Part shown: positions 63,474-64,000 of the stretch, piece by piece
Layout of the letters: each line of letters begins with the position of its first letter
How positions within the stretch are numbered: the first letter of the stretch is position 1
Assembly: GCA_027489965.1 (NCBI GenBank)
Contig: JAIXZA010000053.1
Location: forward strand, 57,976 to 121,975
Origin: Verrucomicrobiaceae bacterium
GTDB taxonomy: Bacteria; Verrucomicrobiota; Verrucomicrobiia; Verrucomicrobiales; Verrucomicrobiaceae
DNA length: 64,000 nucleotides
Direction of reading: 5' to 3'
Program-made: the position numbers and the translations under genes
The notes under the pieces: model-generated
Seen by the model: the letters and a program-made list of their open reading frames with translations, nothing else
The model's database searches: none
Told to the model about the DNA's origin: nothing

Positions 63474-63805
63474 ATCTTCGCGCATTCATGCCAAGTGTCT
63501 CCCGCATCGGCAGCCGCACGCCCGCGCATCTGAATCAGGGCTTTGTGGCGCTTGCGTTGATGATCCGGCCTTTGCTAGTCAAGCTCAACCTTGCCGCCTT
63601 TGGCGGAATTGACGCTGGTCCTCGTGCCTACTACGAGCTCACGGTGCTGTGCCTCTTGGAAACGAAGAGCGACATCCAGTGCGCACCTTTTAATCTGCAG
63701 TGAATCACAGTTCCTTAATGGGGCTGAGACGGCCCGCATTCAGTTCTTTCCATCCCTTGAAACACCGTGCTCGTAAGGCACTGTGCGTTTCCCCCCTTTT
63801 TTACC

Positions 63806-64000
63806 ATGTCACGACTCCCACGCATTCTCGCTACCTGTCTCGCTGTCTCCACTTCAGCTCTCGCGCTAACACCGCAGGAGATGCAGCAGCGTCTGCAGCC
63901 AGTGCAGACGAAATTGCCGGCGATGAAAAATCAACCGGAGCCGTTTTCGGGCGTGGTGAAGCATCCAGGTTATGGGGCACGCACTTGGGTGCGGTTTCCA
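63806..64000 (+). CDS. Secreted hypothetical protein, 3'-partial
   Basis: MSRLPRILATCLAVSTSALALTPQEM.. open to the window end, with a signal-peptide-like start. Confidence 0.65.
   Translation, partial: MSRLPRILATCLAVSTSALALTPQEMQQRLQPVQTKLPAMKNQPEPFSGVVKHPGYGARTWVRFP

Noticed and set aside
63488-63703. 71-aa ORF after the beta-lactamase
   Set aside because: No recognisable motif or signal; it may be a remnant, but I cannot support a call.
63700-63805. TPP-riboswitch-like GGGGCTGAGA and two small hairpins
   Set aside because: The downstream conserved core (GAACCTGA..TAAT..AGCGTAGGGA) is missing.

Overview
A 64-kb, gene-dense bacterial chromosome segment. The gene content (planctomycete-type cytochromes c, TIGR04073-like protein, MurC-MurB fusion, choice-of-anchor-D/delta-60 giant surface protein, A/C-rich leaders without Shine-Dalgarno motifs) points to Verrucomicrobiota, probably Prosthecobacter-like; this is inference. 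Bases 1-38 kb mix housekeeping genes (xerD, nadA, gcvT, rlmN, murC-murB, murJ-like) with exopolysaccharide and envelope genes. Bases 39-64 kb look more GC3-rich and accessory: a cystatin-sialidase fusion, an 8-gene MoxR/vWA (Bat-like) operon whose order is a circular permutation of the canonical one, a secreted glycan-hydrolase cluster and a subclass B3 metallo-beta-lactamase. I saw no rRNA, tRNA, CRISPR array, prophage or intact transposase. The best candidate for an undescribed system is a two-gene cassette between xerD and nadA. It has a 129-aa CxxC(H)...HGPP leader protein resembling metal-sensing ribosome-arrest uORFs (CruR/DUF2946 type), a structured spacer, and a 54-aa secreted 9-Cys metallothionein-like peptide (8707-8871) missing from the supplied ORF track. 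Family assignments come from motif recognition only; no database searches were run.
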